DNA from: Candidatus Eiseniibacteriota bacterium | Lineage (GTDB): Bacteria; Eisenbacteria; RBG-16-71-46; CAVPCR01 | Length of the DNA stretch: 64,000 bases | Assembly (NCBI GenBank): GCA_963702435.1 | Contig: CAVPCR010000001.1 | Coordinates: forward strand, 800,001 to 864,000 | Direction of reading: 5' to 3' | Shown here: piece after piece, positions 50,848 to 61,089 of the stretch | Layout of the letters: each line of letters opens with the position of its first letter | How positions within the stretch are numbered: position 1 is the first letter of the stretch | Notes under the pieces: generated by a model | Told to the model about the DNA's origin: nothing | Database searches by the model: none | The model's input: the letters and a program-made list of their open reading frames with translations, nothing else | Translations under genes and position numbers: made by a program

Positions 50848-53800
50848 CTAACCGCGCCGGCGGCGACCGGGGCCCGCTGCCCCCGGCACCGTGGGCAGGC
50901 CGAGGCGGCCCGGCCGGCGGAGCGGCCGGTTGCCGAAGGTCGGGAGCTTAGGCGGCTTCCGGCGGAGGAGCCGCGCGATCTCGACGAGCCCGCGCTCGAG
51001 CTGCGGGTCCTTCCCCGCCGCGTGGTCCTGCGGCCGGATCTCGACCTCGATGTCGGGATCTGTGCCGTAGTTCTCGACCCCCCAGCCCACATCCTCGAAC
51101 CAGTAGGCGAACTCGGGCTGGGTCGTCACCGTCCCGTCGACGAGCACGTGCCGCGGCCAGATCCCGACGACGCCGCCCCAGGTGCGCTTGCCGATGAGCG
51201 GGCCCAGGCCGTAGAGCTTGAAGCTGTGGCTGAAGATGTCGCCGTCCGATCCGGCGTACTCGTTGGTGAGGGCCACGATGGGGCCGGCCGGGGAGTCGAT
51301 CGGATACGGATAGGGCTGCCCCCAGCGGTTCGAGTCGTAGCCGATCCGGCGGCGAAGGAGCTTCTCGAGGATGAGCTGCGACACGTGCCCGCCGCCGTTC
51401 CAGCGCACGTCCACGATCAGGCCGTCACGATAGACCTCGTGCAGGAAGGCGCGATGGAACTCGGAATAGCCGCGCGCCCCCATGTCGGGCACGTGCACGT
51501 AGCCGACCCGCCCGCCGGTCGCCGCGTGCACGCGGGCACGATTGGCCTCGACCCAGGCCCGGTAGCGGAGCGCGGTCTCCGCGGCCAGGGTCTTGACCGT
51601 GACCGTGCGCACGCCGCCGGAAGCGCCCCGGCGGCCCGCCCCGCGACCGGCGCCGGCCGTCCCGCCAGCGCGAATGGTCAGCTCCACGTGCTGGCCCGCA
51701 TAGTGCACCAGCCGCTCGTCGGGCGACACCCGGCTGTCCACCGGCTGGCCGGCCACCGCAAGAATGTCATCCCCCTCGCGGATATTCAAACCAGGCGCCG
51801 CGAGCGGCGACGAGTACTTCTCGTCCCAGGAATCGCCGCGCGGGATGCGCGCGATGCGCCAGGCGCCGCGCCGCCGGTCGAAGGCGAGGTCGGCGCCGAG
51901 ATGGCCCTGGTACCAGGCCGGCGCCGGCCGGTAGTCGCCGCCGAGCTCGTAGCAATGCGAGGTGCCGAGCTCGCCCTGGAGCTCCCACATGAGATCGCTG
52001 AACTCGGCGCGGCTCGCCACCCGGTCGACGAGCGGCAGGTAGCGCTCGTAGACGGCGACCCAGTCGATGCCCGACATGTCGGAGGTCCAGAACTGGTCGC
52101 GCTGGAGCCGCCACGCCTCGCGGAACATCTGCCGCCACTCCTCGCTCGGCACGACCGAGACGCGGAGCCGTTCGAGGTCGAGCCAGCCGCTCTCGCGGCC
52201 CGGGCCGCCGTTCCGTTCGGCTCGCCCCTCGGCCTTCCACGCGGCGGGCACCACGCGGATCCGGTTCCCGGCGCGGATGGCGAGCGCCTTCGCGTCCTTC
52301 GAGAGCTGGAAGTCGGTGATGCCCTCGAGCACCGTCTCGCCCTTGTCCTGGGTGAAATCGTACGCGGACAGGACGCCGGCCGCCTTCGGCTCCGCCTCGA
52401 TCCAGGCGGAATCGAGGCTGCCCTCGATCGGATAGGAGGAGAAGAGCGCCCGCCCGCGGGCGCCGAGGATCCGACCGTAGCGTCCCTCCGCCACGGGGAA
52501 CGCGACGACGCGATCGGCGATGCCCTCGAGGTCGATGCGCACCTCGACCGCGGGGCCTTCCGCGGCCCTGGCCGCGGCGGCGTCCCTCATGCCTCCCTCA
52601 CCCTTCTGAGCGCCCTCGGCTCCGGCGCCTGCCGCGGCCGGCGCGCCCGGCGCGCGGAGCGCCCGGGTGCCCTCGGCGAACGGCGAGGCGAGATCGCGCT
52701 GGAGGGGAATCAGGTAGGGTCGCGACCCCCGCGGGAAGCCGAGATCGAAGTAGTGGCTGTCGTACACCGGATCGAACGTGCGCCAGGAAATGAAGTAGAG
52801 ATACTTGCCCTCGGGATCGAAGGACGGCGCGACGTCCCTGAACTCGGAGCGCGTGATGGCCGTGATCTTCCCGTGCGCGACATCGCACAGGTGGAGCGGG
52901 GTCGTGCGCAGCGAATCGGGGAATCCGTACGCGAGCCAGCGGCCGTCGGGCGACCAGGCCAGGCCCTCGATCCGCGCGTACTTGCTGCGCTCGACGACTG
53001 CGGTGCGGCGACTCGCGAGATCGACGACGATGACCTCCTGCCGCTGATTGGTGAGCGCCACCCAGTCGGGCCCGGCGGGCGGCGCGCAGAGCTCGACCGG
53101 GCGGCCGAAGTCGCCGTCGATCCGCCGCTCGATCTTGCCGTCGGCGGCGCGGATCACGACCAGACCGTCCTCCCCGCCCTCGTCGGAGACGGCCACCAGC
53201 CGCTGGCCGTCGGCGAGCCAGGTGGCCAGCCGATGGCGCACCGCCGAAGCAGGGCCGAGCCGCTTGGCCGCTCCCTCCCACAGCCCCATCGTGTAGATGC
53301 CGCCGCGCGCCACGACCGCGATCGAGTGTCCGGACGGATGCAGATCGGAGCTCTCCTGGTAGCGGCTCGCACCCACGAACTTGCGCGTGCGCTGGCTGCG
53401 CGGGCTCTGGGTCGCCACGTCGAGCTTGACCGTGCGATCGAGTGCGACATCGTGCAGGTAGAGGTCCCCGCCCGCCTGGTACACGATGCGCGGGCCGTCG
53501 GTCGCGGGGAAGCGAACGTAGAAGTCCTCGTGATGGGTGTGCCGGCGGAGATCGCGCCCCGTCGGCGTGCACGAGTAGAGATTGCCGACCCCCTCGTGAT
53601 CGGAGAGGAAGTAGATGCGGGCGCCGATCCACATCGGGCTCGCCAGGTTCCCGGGCAGGCGGAGGAGCTGGGCGAACTCGCCGGCGCCGGCGCGATCGAT
53701 CCACAGCGTGCCGGCGGTGCCGCCGCGGTAACGCTTCCAGCGCGCGGGATCGCCGGTGTTGCGCCCGATGACGACCCCGCGGCCCGGTGCGGACTCGAAC

Positions 53801-54225
53801 GAGATGGCGCGCGCCGGACCGAGCCGGAGCTCCTCCGGCGCACCCCCGTCCAGCGGGACCGAGTACAGGTGGAAGTAGCCCTGGAACGGCTGGCGCCAGT
53901 CGCTCGCGTAGAGGACCTGGCGCGCGTCGGGTCGCCAGCCCACGACCTGGCTCATCGCACCGTGCCAGGTGAGGCGGCGCGCCGGACCGCCCTCGGCCTC
54001 CATCAGGTAGACCTCGGAGGGACCGTCATCGCGTCCGGTGTACGCGATCCAGGCGCCGTCAGGCGAATAGGCGGGAAAGGACGTGGCGCCCGGATTCGCA
54101 GTCAGGCGCCGCGCCACGCCGCCGGTGGCGGCCACGCACCAGAGATCATCCTCGCAGGCGAAGGCGATGGAATCGCCGTGGATGGTCGGATGGCGGTAGT
54201 AACCGGCCTCGCCTTGCATCGTCAC
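50848..54225 (-). CDS. Tricorn protease homolog (S41), no signal peptide
   Basis: Beta-propellers, WKRYRGG, ELGTSH, PDZ domain, DVRWNGGG, GSDGD and RTWGGVVG. Confidence 0.95.
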   Translation of the reverse strand: MTMQGEAGYYRHPTIHGDSIAFACEDDLWCVAATGGVARRLTANPGATSFPAYSPDGAWIAYTGRDDGPSEVYLMEAEGGPARRLTWHGAMSQVVGWRPDARQVLYASDWRQPFQGYFHLYSVPLDGGAPEELRLGPARAISFESAPGRGVVIGRNTGDPARWKRYRGGTAGTLWIDRAGAGEFAQLLRLPGNLASPMWIGARIYFLSDHEGVGNLYSCTPTGRDLRRHTHHEDFYVRFPATDGPRIVYQAGGDLYLHDVALDRTVKLDVATQSPRSQRTRKFVGASRYQESSDLHPSGHSIAVVARGGIYTMGLWEGAAKRLGPASAVRHRLATWLADGQRLVAVSDEGGEDGLVVIRAADGKIERRIDGDFGRPVELCAPPAGPDWVALTNQRQEVIVVDLASRRTAVVERSKYARIEGLAWSPDGRWLAYGFPDSLRTTPLHLCDVAHGKITAITRSEFRDVAPSFDPEGKYLYFISWRTFDPVYDSHYFDLGFPRGSRPYLIPLQRDLASPFAEGTRALRAPGAPAAAGAGAEGAQKGEGGMRDAAAARAAEGPAVEVRIDLEGIADRVVAFPVAEGRYGRILGARGRALFSSYPIEGSLDSAWIEAEPKAAGVLSAYDFTQDKGETVLEGITDFQLSKDAKALAIRAGNRIRVVPAAWKAEGRAERNGGPGRESGWLDLERLRVSVVPSEEWRQMFREAWRLQRDQFWTSDMSGIDWVAVYERYLPLVDRVASRAEFSDLMWELQGELGTSHCYELGGDYRPAPAWYQGHLGADLAFDRRRGAWRIARIPRGDSWDEKYSSPLAAPGLNIREGDDILAVAGQPVDSRVSPDERLVHYAGQHVELTIRAGGTAGAGRGAGRRGASGGVRTVTVKTLAAETALRYRAWVEANRARVHAATGGRVGYVHVPDMGARGYSEFHRAFLHEVYRDGLIVDVRWNGGGHVSQLILEKLLRRRIGYDSNRWGQPYPYPIDSPAGPIVALTNEYAGSDGDIFSHSFKLYGLGPLIGKRTWGGVVGIWPRHVLVDGTVTTQPEFAYWFEDVGWGVENYGTDPDIEVEIRPQDHAAGKDPQLERGLVEIARLLRRKPPKLPTFGNRPLRRPGRLGLPTVPGAAGPGRRRRG

Positions 54226-54324
54226 ACTCCTCTCCCTCGAACCCCTCTCCCTCGAACCCCGACTGCGCGCGGCCGCCGCGCGACTGCCGCGTGGCGCTGG
54301 CCAAACCAGGAGGCAAGCCGGACG

Positions 54325-54353
54325 ATGTTAGATAGAATGGCCCGCCGACTCAA
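54325..54353 (-). promoter_or_regulatory. Sigma70 promoter of tricorn, overlapping a divergent -10 element
   Basis: TTGAGT-17 nt-TAACAT on the minus strand; TAGAAT at 54333-54338 on the plus strand. Confidence 0.5.
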
Positions 54354-54413
54354 CCTCCGGATTCGCCGGCGGGAGGGCGGCCCCGAGGTCGCCCGCCGGA
54401 TCAGGGAGGAAGC

Positions 54414-55115
54414 ATGAATCGGGCCCCGCTCACGCCGGATGCAGCGGCGTTCTGGGAAGACCCCGCGCGCGTGGCCGAGTTCGCCGCGCGCGAGCCGGAC
54501 CTCCGCCTTCTCGAGCTCATGCCGCAGTATGCGGACCCGCGCGCGACCCGCGTGCTCGACCTGGGCTGCGCCGGCGGCCGCAACACGGAGCCGCTCTTCG
54601 CAGCCGGCTTCGACGTGGTGGCAGTGGATGCGTCGAGCGCGATGGTGGCCGCGACGCGCGCCCGGATCGCGCCGCTCGCCGGCGCCGCCGCGGCGGACCG
54701 CCGCGTGTTCACGGCGCGCATGGACGATCTCTCCTTCGCCGCGGATGGGTCGTTCGATCTCGTCGTCGCCCTCGGCGTCTACCAGCAGGCGCAGGGCGAG
54801 GCGGAGTGGACCCGGGCGCTCGCGGAGACGGCGCGCGTCGTCGGCGCCGGCGGGCGGGTGCTCGTCGCCAACTTCGCGCCGGGCACCGGACCGCGGGCGA
54901 ATCCGCCCGCACTCGTCGCCGGCACCCGTTTCGTGTACGCAGGACTCGCGGACGGCCGCGCCTGCCTCCTCGACGCGGACGCGCTCGACCGCGAGTTCGC
55001 GCGCAGCGGATTCGCACCCGCGGGACCGACCGCGACCGTGGATCGATCGAGCGAGGAGAGCCGGCGGATCACCGTCAACGCGCTCTACCGGAAGCTCGAC
55101 AGGAAGGACCCATGA
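54414..55115 (+). CDS. Class I SAM-dependent methyltransferase
   Basis: VLDLGCAGG, VDAS and SFDLVV. Confidence 0.9.
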   Translation: MNRAPLTPDAAAFWEDPARVAEFAAREPDLRLLELMPQYADPRATRVLDLGCAGGRNTEPLFAAGFDVVAVDASSAMVAATRARIAPLAGAAAADRRVFTARMDDLSFAADGSFDLVVALGVYQQAQGEAEWTRALAETARVVGAGGRVLVANFAPGTGPRANPPALVAGTRFVYAGLADGRACLLDADALDREFARSGFAPAGPTATVDRSSEESRRITVNALYRKLDRKDP

Positions 55116-55558
55116 ACACGACCGCAGTGTGGACCGAGAAGCAGGTTTTCCACGTGGACTTCCCCGGCGGGGAGGCGTTCACGCTGGCGAGCGTCCCGCG
55201 CGACGCGCATCCCGCGCCCGGGCCGAGCCCGATGGAGGCGGTCGAGGCGGCGCTCGCCGGCTGCAGCGGGATCGACGTGGTCACGATCCTCGAGAAGATG
55301 CGAAAGACGCTCGCGGCGCTCCGGATCGAGGTCGTGGCGACGCGCCGCGACGAGGCGCCGCGGGTGTACACCGATCTCGCGCTCGTCTACCACGTCGACG
55401 GACCGGACCTCGATCGCGAGTCGGTCGAGCGCGCGGTCGCGCTGTCGCAGGACAAGTACTGCTCGGTCGCCGCCATGCTCCGCCCGGCGGTCGCCATGAG
55501 CTATCGCATCATCTTGAACGGAACGGCCATCACGGGCGAGGCGGCCATCCCGGGATGA
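55112..55558 (+). CDS. OsmC/YhfA family protein
   Basis: GPSPME, LAGCSGIDV, LS.DKYCSV; ATGA overlap with the upstream gene. Confidence 0.92.
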   Translation: MNTTAVWTEKQVFHVDFPGGEAFTLASVPRDAHPAPGPSPMEAVEAALAGCSGIDVVTILEKMRKTLAALRIEVVATRRDEAPRVYTDLALVYHVDGPDLDRESVERAVALSQDKYCSVAAMLRPAVAMSYRIILNGTAITGEAAIPG

Positions 55559-55976
55559 TGCCCCAGGTGTGGCGGCGGTAGGCGGCGTAGTCAGGATGGC
55601 GAGCGGCAAGCAGCGACTCCTCGTGGCGGGCCTTCACATGCACGAAGACGATGGCCGCCGCCGCCAGGAGGCCGACCGCCGCCGTGCTCCGGAGGAGGAA
55701 GAGTCCGCCGACGGCGAGGACGACCGCCGTGTACATCGGATGGCGGAAACGGCGATAGACTCCATGCCTCACGAGCGGAGCCGCCGGCCCCGGCGCAGGC
55801 TGGATGCGGAGGTGCCGGCCGACCGCGGCGACGGCGGCCGCGACCAGGATCAGCGCGGCGGCGAGGAACACGGGCGCCGCGGAGCGGACGGCGGCCGGGA
55901 GGAGCGGCTTGCCGCCGGCCGCGAACGCGGCGGCGAGAAGCGCCAGGAGCGCCATCTGGACGATCACGTAGCCCAT
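55530..55976 (-). CDS. Isoprenylcysteine carboxyl methyltransferase (ICMT/PEMT) family membrane protein
   Basis: GVYRRFRHPMY, EE.LL and Y.AYR. Confidence 0.88.
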   Translation of the reverse strand: MGYVIVQMALLALLAAAFAAGGKPLLPAAVRSAAPVFLAAALILVAAAVAAVGRHLRIQPAPGPAAPLVRHGVYRRFRHPMYTAVVLAVGGLFLLRSTAAVGLLAAAAIVFVHVKARHEESLLAARHPDYAAYRRHTWGIIPGWPPRP

Positions 55977-55999
55977 CGGGCGCATCGTAGCAGGAAACC

Positions 56000-56875
56000 A
56001 TGACCGAGACCGGACCCCGAGCAGACAGCGACGAGCGCGACGACGCGGCGCTCGTCGCCGCCGCCCGCGCCGGTGACCGCGCCGCGCTCGAGCTCCTCCT
56101 CACCCGCTACCAGCCGCGCGTCTACCGCTTCGGCATGAAGATGTGCCGGCATCCCGAGGACGCCGAGGACATCGTGCAGGAGACGCTCGTCGCCATGGCC
56201 CGCACGGTGGGCGACTTCCGCGGCGCCTCCTCGCTCTCGACCTGGCTGTGGTCGATCGCGCGGAGCTTCTGCGTGAAGAAGCGGCGGCGGAGCAAGTTCG
56301 CACCCGAGCGCGAGGAATCGCTCGAGGCGGATGCCGTGACCAGCGGCGCCGCGCGCGCGGTGGCCGATCCGGGGCGGGGCCCGGACGAAGAGGTCGCGGC
56401 GCGGGAGATCGAGAGCGCGCTCGCCGCGGCGATCGGCCGGCTCGAGCCCATGTACCGCGAGGTGCTCGTGCTTCGCGACGTCGAGGGCCTCTCCGCGCCG
56501 GAGGTGGCGGCGGTGCTCGAACTGACCGTCGAGGCGGTGAAGAGCCGGCTCCATCGCGCGCGCCTCGCCGTGCGGGCGGAGCTGGCGCCGCTCCTCGGCG
56601 CCGGCGAGAAGGCGGCGCCCGCCGCGGGCGGCACCTGTCCCGACGTGCTCTCGCTCTGGTCCCGAAAGCTGGAGGACGACGTGAGCCCCGAGCTCTGCGC
56701 CGAGCTCGAGCGGCATGTCGCCGCCTGCCCAGGCTGTCAGGCCGCGTGCGACTCGCTCAAGCGCACGCTCGCCCTCTGCCGCACCGCACCGACGCCGGCC
56801 GTACCGGCCTCGATCCAGGCCGCCGTGCGGAAAGCGATCCACGAGCTCACGCTGCCGCCCGCCAATCGCCGGTAG
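56000..56875 (+). CDS. ECF sigma factor with fused C-terminal zf-HC2 (ZAS) domain
   Basis: EDAEDIVQET and AVKSRLHRAR, then CPDV..CAELERHVAACPGC..C. Confidence 0.9.
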   Translation: MTETGPRADSDERDDAALVAAARAGDRAALELLLTRYQPRVYRFGMKMCRHPEDAEDIVQETLVAMARTVGDFRGASSLSTWLWSIARSFCVKKRRRSKFAPEREESLEADAVTSGAARAVADPGRGPDEEVAAREIESALAAAIGRLEPMYREVLVLRDVEGLSAPEVAAVLELTVEAVKSRLHRARLAVRAELAPLLGAGEKAAPAAGGTCPDVLSLWSRKLEDDVSPELCAELERHVAACPGCQAACDSLKRTLALCRTAPTPAVPASIQAAVRKAIHELTLPPANRR

Positions 56876-56931
56876 ACGCCGGGCGTTGCCCCAGCCGTCC
56901 CGCGCCGCGCCGGGGCTGATTGTGAATGCCA

Positions 56932-56960
56932 TTGACAATCAGCCCCGCTGGCGCCAGGAT
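56932..56960 (+). promoter_or_regulatory. Sigma70 promoter, leaderless geometry
   Basis: TTGACA-17 nt-CAGGAT-6 nt-ATG(56967). Confidence 0.6.
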
Positions 56961-56966
56961 GGGCCC

Positions 56967-58157
56967 ATGATCAAGCGCACCCTCGAGACCCGGCTCCGCG
57001 ATCTGTCCCGGAAGTTCCCCGTCGTGACCGTCACCGGCCCGCGGCAGTCCGGCAAGACCACGCTGTGCCAGGCCGTTTTCCCCGCCAAGCCCTACGTTTC
57101 CCTGGAAGCCCCTGACGTGCGGGATTTCGCGCGCCGGGATCCACGGGCGTTTCTTGCCCAGTACGCCGACGGCGCCGTACTCGATGAGGTGCACCGGGTG
57201 CCCGATCTCCTGTCCTACGTCCAGGCGACTGTGGACGCGCGACCCGCCGCCGGGCGTTTCATCCTCACGGGCTCGGCCAACTTCAGCCTGCTCCACTCCC
57301 TTGGCCAGTCGCTCGCCGGGCGCACCGCACTCCTCGAGCTCTTGCCGCTCTCCCTCGAGGAAATCCGCCGGTTCCCGGCCCCACCCTCCGACTTGCTCGA
57401 CCTCATGTGGCGCGGGAGCTATCCCGCCCTCTACGACCGCGGGCTCGAGCCGCGAGACTGGTATCCGAGCTATGTGGCGACCTATGTGGAACGAGATGTC
57501 AGAAACGTCCTCAACGTCGGCGACCTCGTGGCGTTCCAGACCTGCCTGCGGCTGTGTGCAGGCCGGGTCGGCCAGCTCGTCAATCTCTCCTCCCTGGGTG
57601 CCGACGCCGGAGTGACCCACGCCACCGTGAAGTCATGGCTCTCGGTTCTCGAGGCCGGTTATGTCGCGTGGCGTCTGCCGCCGTTTCACACCAATACATC
57701 CAAGCGACTGATCAAGTCTCCGAAGCTGCACTTCGTGGATTCGGGTCTTGCCTGCTACCTGCTCGGCATCCGTTCGCCCGACCAGCTGAGAGATCACCCG
57801 CTGCGCGGAGCGATTTTCGAGACGTGGGTTGCGTCCGAGGTGCTGAAGACCCGCGCCCACCGCGGCGTGCCGCCGAGTCTCTCGTTCTTTCGTGACCGGA
57901 AGGGCGCGGAGGTCGATGTGGTCATCGAACTCGGGCGTGAAGTACTCGCCATCGAGACCAAGTCCGGACAGACCGTGGCGGCCGATTTCTTTGCCGGGCT
58001 TGAGACCTTCGCGTCCCTCATGGCCTCGTCGCGCCCGCGGCGTGCCGTACGCAGCTTCGTCGTGTACGGCGGCGGCGACGCGCAGGAACGGTCCGGCGGC
58101 ACCGTCGTCCCCTGGTCACGGCTCGACGAGTGCAGATGGTGGGATCCTGGAGATTAG
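56967..58157 (+). CDS. AAA_14 plus DUF4143 ATP-binding protein
   Basis: GPRQSGKTT, LDEVH, FILTGS, TYVERDV, KSPKLHFVDSG, EVD..IETK (PD-(D/E)xK-like). Confidence 0.92.
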   Translation: MIKRTLETRLRDLSRKFPVVTVTGPRQSGKTTLCQAVFPAKPYVSLEAPDVRDFARRDPRAFLAQYADGAVLDEVHRVPDLLSYVQATVDARPAAGRFILTGSANFSLLHSLGQSLAGRTALLELLPLSLEEIRRFPAPPSDLLDLMWRGSYPALYDRGLEPRDWYPSYVATYVERDVRNVLNVGDLVAFQTCLRLCAGRVGQLVNLSSLGADAGVTHATVKSWLSVLEAGYVAWRLPPFHTNTSKRLIKSPKLHFVDSGLACYLLGIRSPDQLRDHPLRGAIFETWVASEVLKTRAHRGVPPSLSFFRDRKGAEVDVVIELGREVLAIETKSGQTVAADFFAGLETFASLMASSRPRRAVRSFVVYGGGDAQERSGGTVVPWSRLDECRWWDPGD

Positions 58158-58186
58158 AACGGCCGCCATCCCTCCCGGCGCTTCCG

Positions 58187-59278
58187 TCAGGCGGCCACGC
58201 GCCGCCCGAAGGTCCGCCGCTCGAGCCACAGAGCGACGGTGACGAGCCCCACCAGCACCGGCACCTCGACCAGCGGCCCGATGACCGCGGCGAAGGCCGC
58301 GCCGTGGTCGATGCCGAAGGTCGCCACCGCCACCGCGATCGCCAGCTCGAAGTTGTTCGACGCGGCCGTGAACGACAAAGTCGCGGTCTGCCCGTAGGTC
58401 GCGCCGACCCGCTTGCTCATGAAGAACGAGAGGAAGAACATGAGCACGAAGTAGATGAGGAGCGGGATCGCCACCCGCACGACGTCGAGCGGCAGCTCGA
58501 CGATGGTCTCGCCCTTGAGCGAGAACATGACGACGATCGTGAAGAGGAGCGCGATGAGCGTGAGCGGGCTGATCTTCGGGATGAACCTCGTGTGATACCA
58601 CTGCTTGCCCTTCGCCTTGATCAGGATGAAGCGCGTGAGCATGCCGGCAAGGAAGGGAATGCCGAGATAGATGAAGACGCTCTTGGCGATCTCGCCGATC
58701 GTGATGTGGACGACCATGCCCTCGAGTCCGAACCAGGTCGGCAGGACCTGGATGAAGACATACGCATAGGCCGAGTAGAACAGCACCTGGAAGATCGAGT
58801 TGAAGGCGACCAGCCCGGCGCAGTACTCGGTGTCGCCCTTGGCCAGGTCGTTCCAGACGATGACCATCGCGATGCAGCGGGCGAGGCCGATCAGGATGAG
58901 GCCGACCATGTACTCCGGCCGGTCGCGGAGGAAGACGACGGCGAGCGCGAACATGAGGAGCGGCCCGACGATCCAGTTCTGGACCAGCGAGAGCCCGAGG
59001 ACCTTGAGATTCCGGAAGACCGGGCCCATCTCCTCGTAGCGGACCTTGGCCAGCGGCGGATACATCATGAGGATCAGGCCGACGGCGATCGGGATCGAGG
59101 TCGTGCCGACGCTGAACCGGTCGAGGAGCGGCACGACGCCGGGGAAGAAGTAACCGGTGCCGACCCCGAGGCCCATGGCGAGGAAGATCCACAGGGTGAG
59201 GAAGCGGTCGAGCGCGGACAGGCGCTCGACTCGACAGGACGCCACGTTGCCCGGCTCCACCATCGCCACCGCCTTCAT
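58187..59278 (-). CDS. acr3: Acr3 family arsenite efflux transporter
   Basis: [34 protein letters not shown] and GPLVEVP. Start is 59263 or 59278. Confidence 0.96.
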   Translation of the reverse strand: MKAVAMVEPGNVASCRVERLSALDRFLTLWIFLAMGLGVGTGYFFPGVVPLLDRFSVGTTSIPIAVGLILMMYPPLAKVRYEEMGPVFRNLKVLGLSLVQNWIVGPLLMFALAVVFLRDRPEYMVGLILIGLARCIAMVIVWNDLAKGDTEYCAGLVAFNSIFQVLFYSAYAYVFIQVLPTWFGLEGMVVHITIGEIAKSVFIYLGIPFLAGMLTRFILIKAKGKQWYHTRFIPKISPLTLIALLFTIVVMFSLKGETIVELPLDVVRVAIPLLIYFVLMFFLSFFMSKRVGATYGQTATLSFTAASNNFELAIAVAVATFGIDHGAAFAAVIGPLVEVPVLVGLVTVALWLERRTFGRRVAA

Positions 59279-59310
59279 CGCCACCGCCTATCGCTGATCG
59301 GCCGCCGTGG

Positions 59311-60021
59311 TCATGAAACCACGATCCAGATCGCGGCCGCCAGGAGGATGACGCCGGCCGCCTGCTTCAGGCGGCGGGCCCCGCTCTGCACCCGCTTCGA
59401 CTCGATGAGCGTGGCCGCCGTGCCCACCGAGGTGCCGGCCACGACGATCAGGAGCGAATGTCCGAGCCCGTAGAGAAAGAGGAGCGATCCGGCCCGTGTC
59501 GCGCCGATCTCCGGCACGAGCCCGATCAGGAGGAGGAGCACCGGGCCGACGCAGGGCAAGGAGACGATGCCGAAGAGGAAGCCGAAGACGATGGCACCCG
59601 CCGCCCCGGCGAGGCGCGAGGCGCCGGGACCGAGGCCGAACGCGGGGATGGGCAGGACGCCGAGGAAGTGGAGGCCGGCGAGGCCCGCGAGACCGGCCAG
59701 TACGTAGCGCCACCACGGGGCCGCGAGCCAGCTCGCCGTGGTGGCGGCGACCGTGAAGACGAGCGCCAGCTCGAGCGCGAAGCCGACGACGAAGAGGAGC
59801 GAGAAGACCAGCGTGCGCCGCCAGAGCTTCGCTCCGGGCGCCGCCCCCGCCCTCGTCCCCGTGACGCCGGCGGCGAGCCCCACCATGAGCGGCACCATGG
59901 CCAGCACGCAGGGGTTGAGCGCGGTCAAGACGCCGCCGAGGAAGGCGGCGAACGGAGCGAGCACGGCGCTCTGCTCGATCGCCTGCGCGAGCGCCGCGGA
60001 GGCGCGCTCGATCCAGGGCAT
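59311..60021 (-). CDS. CcdA/DsbD-beta transmembrane disulfide reductase
   Basis: Cys motifs LNPCVL and SLPCVGP; about 6 TM helices; YGLGHS. Confidence 0.9.
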   Translation of the reverse strand: MPWIERASAALAQAIEQSAVLAPFAAFLGGVLTALNPCVLAMVPLMVGLAAGVTGTRAGAAPGAKLWRRTLVFSLLFVVGFALELALVFTVAATTASWLAAPWWRYVLAGLAGLAGLHFLGVLPIPAFGLGPGASRLAGAAGAIVFGFLFGIVSLPCVGPVLLLLIGLVPEIGATRAGSLLFLYGLGHSLLIVVAGTSVGTAATLIESKRVQSGARRLKQAAGVILLAAAIWIVVS

Positions 60022-60812
60022 CACAGGGACTCCGCGAGCCGCTGTCTGAACGCGACGAGATCGATCTCCTCGTCGTCCCCGTAGTAGGGCCGCCCGCCGC
60101 TGTCGACGAGCACGACCGCCGGGAGATCGGCGAGCCCCCAGGTCACGAGGAGGGAATCGGCGAGCGCGGTCTCCTCGACCCGATCGACCCAGCGCTGATC
60201 GATGCGATCTCCGTACGGGTCGAGGATCGCCTGGAGAAGGGGCCGGAGGCGCTGGCAGCGCTCCATCACGCAGGCGCAGGAGACGGTCGCATAGACGACA
60301 CGCGCTCGTGCCGGCGGAGCGGACGGTGCGGCGCCGAGGTCGACCAACTTCGGCTCGTCGGGCTCGTCGCGGACCGGATCCCAGTAGGAGAGCTCGGCGC
60401 TCTCGGCGCTCCTCTGCTGCTTCTTCTCGGTCTTCGGCGGCGGCTCGATCGCGAACTTCTCCCGGAACACCTTCTCGATGTCCTCGCGCGAGAAGAAGCC
60501 CTCGTGGCGGAAGACCTCCTTCCCGGCGCGGTCGAAGAAGATCTGGGTGGGGATCACGCGAATGCGATAGGGCTGGCCGGCCTTCGGTTCCTTCCAGACA
60601 TCGATGAAATCGACCTGGACGATCCCGGCGTAGTCCTTCTTGAGCTCGACGAGGATCGGGGCCATTTTCTTGCACGGGATGCACTTGTCAGCGCCGAGGT
60701 CGACCAGCCGCGGGAGCGGCGGCGGCGCCGCCGTCTTCTCACCGCCGTCGGCGAGGCCGGCGGCTGACGCGATGAACGCGAGGCCGGCGAGAACCAGGAC
60801 CAGAGCTTTCAT
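60021..60812 (-). CDS. Exported thioredoxin fused to a second Cys-rich thioredoxin-like domain
   Basis: Signal peptide; DLGADKCIPCKKM, cis-Pro IPTQ, RHEGF; second domain SCACVMERC..LPAVV. Confidence 0.85.
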   Translation of the reverse strand: MKALVLVLAGLAFIASAAGLADGGEKTAAPPPLPRLVDLGADKCIPCKKMAPILVELKKDYAGIVQVDFIDVWKEPKAGQPYRIRVIPTQIFFDRAGKEVFRHEGFFSREDIEKVFREKFAIEPPPKTEKKQQRSAESAELSYWDPVRDEPDEPKLVDLGAAPSAPPARARVVYATVSCACVMERCQRLRPLLQAILDPYGDRIDQRWVDRVEETALADSLLVTWGLADLPAVVLVDSGGRPYYGDDEEIDLVAFRQRLAESL

Positions 60813-60823
60813 GGTCGCCTCCC

Positions 60824-61066
60824 CTATGCGAGCGCCGTCGTCAGGATGGTCTGGATCTCGGCCACCCGGGGTAGATGGCCGGCGATCTTGACCGTGCCGT
60901 CGATGGCCAGCGCCGGGGTCATGACGACCCCGAAGTGCATGATCTCGTTCAGATCGGTCACCTTCTCGACGGTGGCGTCGAGCCCGAGGAGGGCCACTGC
61001 CTCCTCGGTGCGCTTGGTGAGTTCCTTGCATTTGGCACATCCCGTGCCGAGGACCTGGATCTTCAT
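60824..61066 (-). CDS. Small redox-active thioredoxin (Thioredoxin_3 / MTH895 family)
   Basis: MKIQVLGTGCAKC..GVVMTPALAIDG; AAGGAG SD. Confidence 0.93.
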   Translation of the reverse strand: MKIQVLGTGCAKCKELTKRTEEAVALLGLDATVEKVTDLNEIMHFGVVMTPALAIDGTVKIAGHLPRVAEIQTILTTALA

Positions 61067-61089
61067 GTCTGACAACTCCTTCAACTCCT

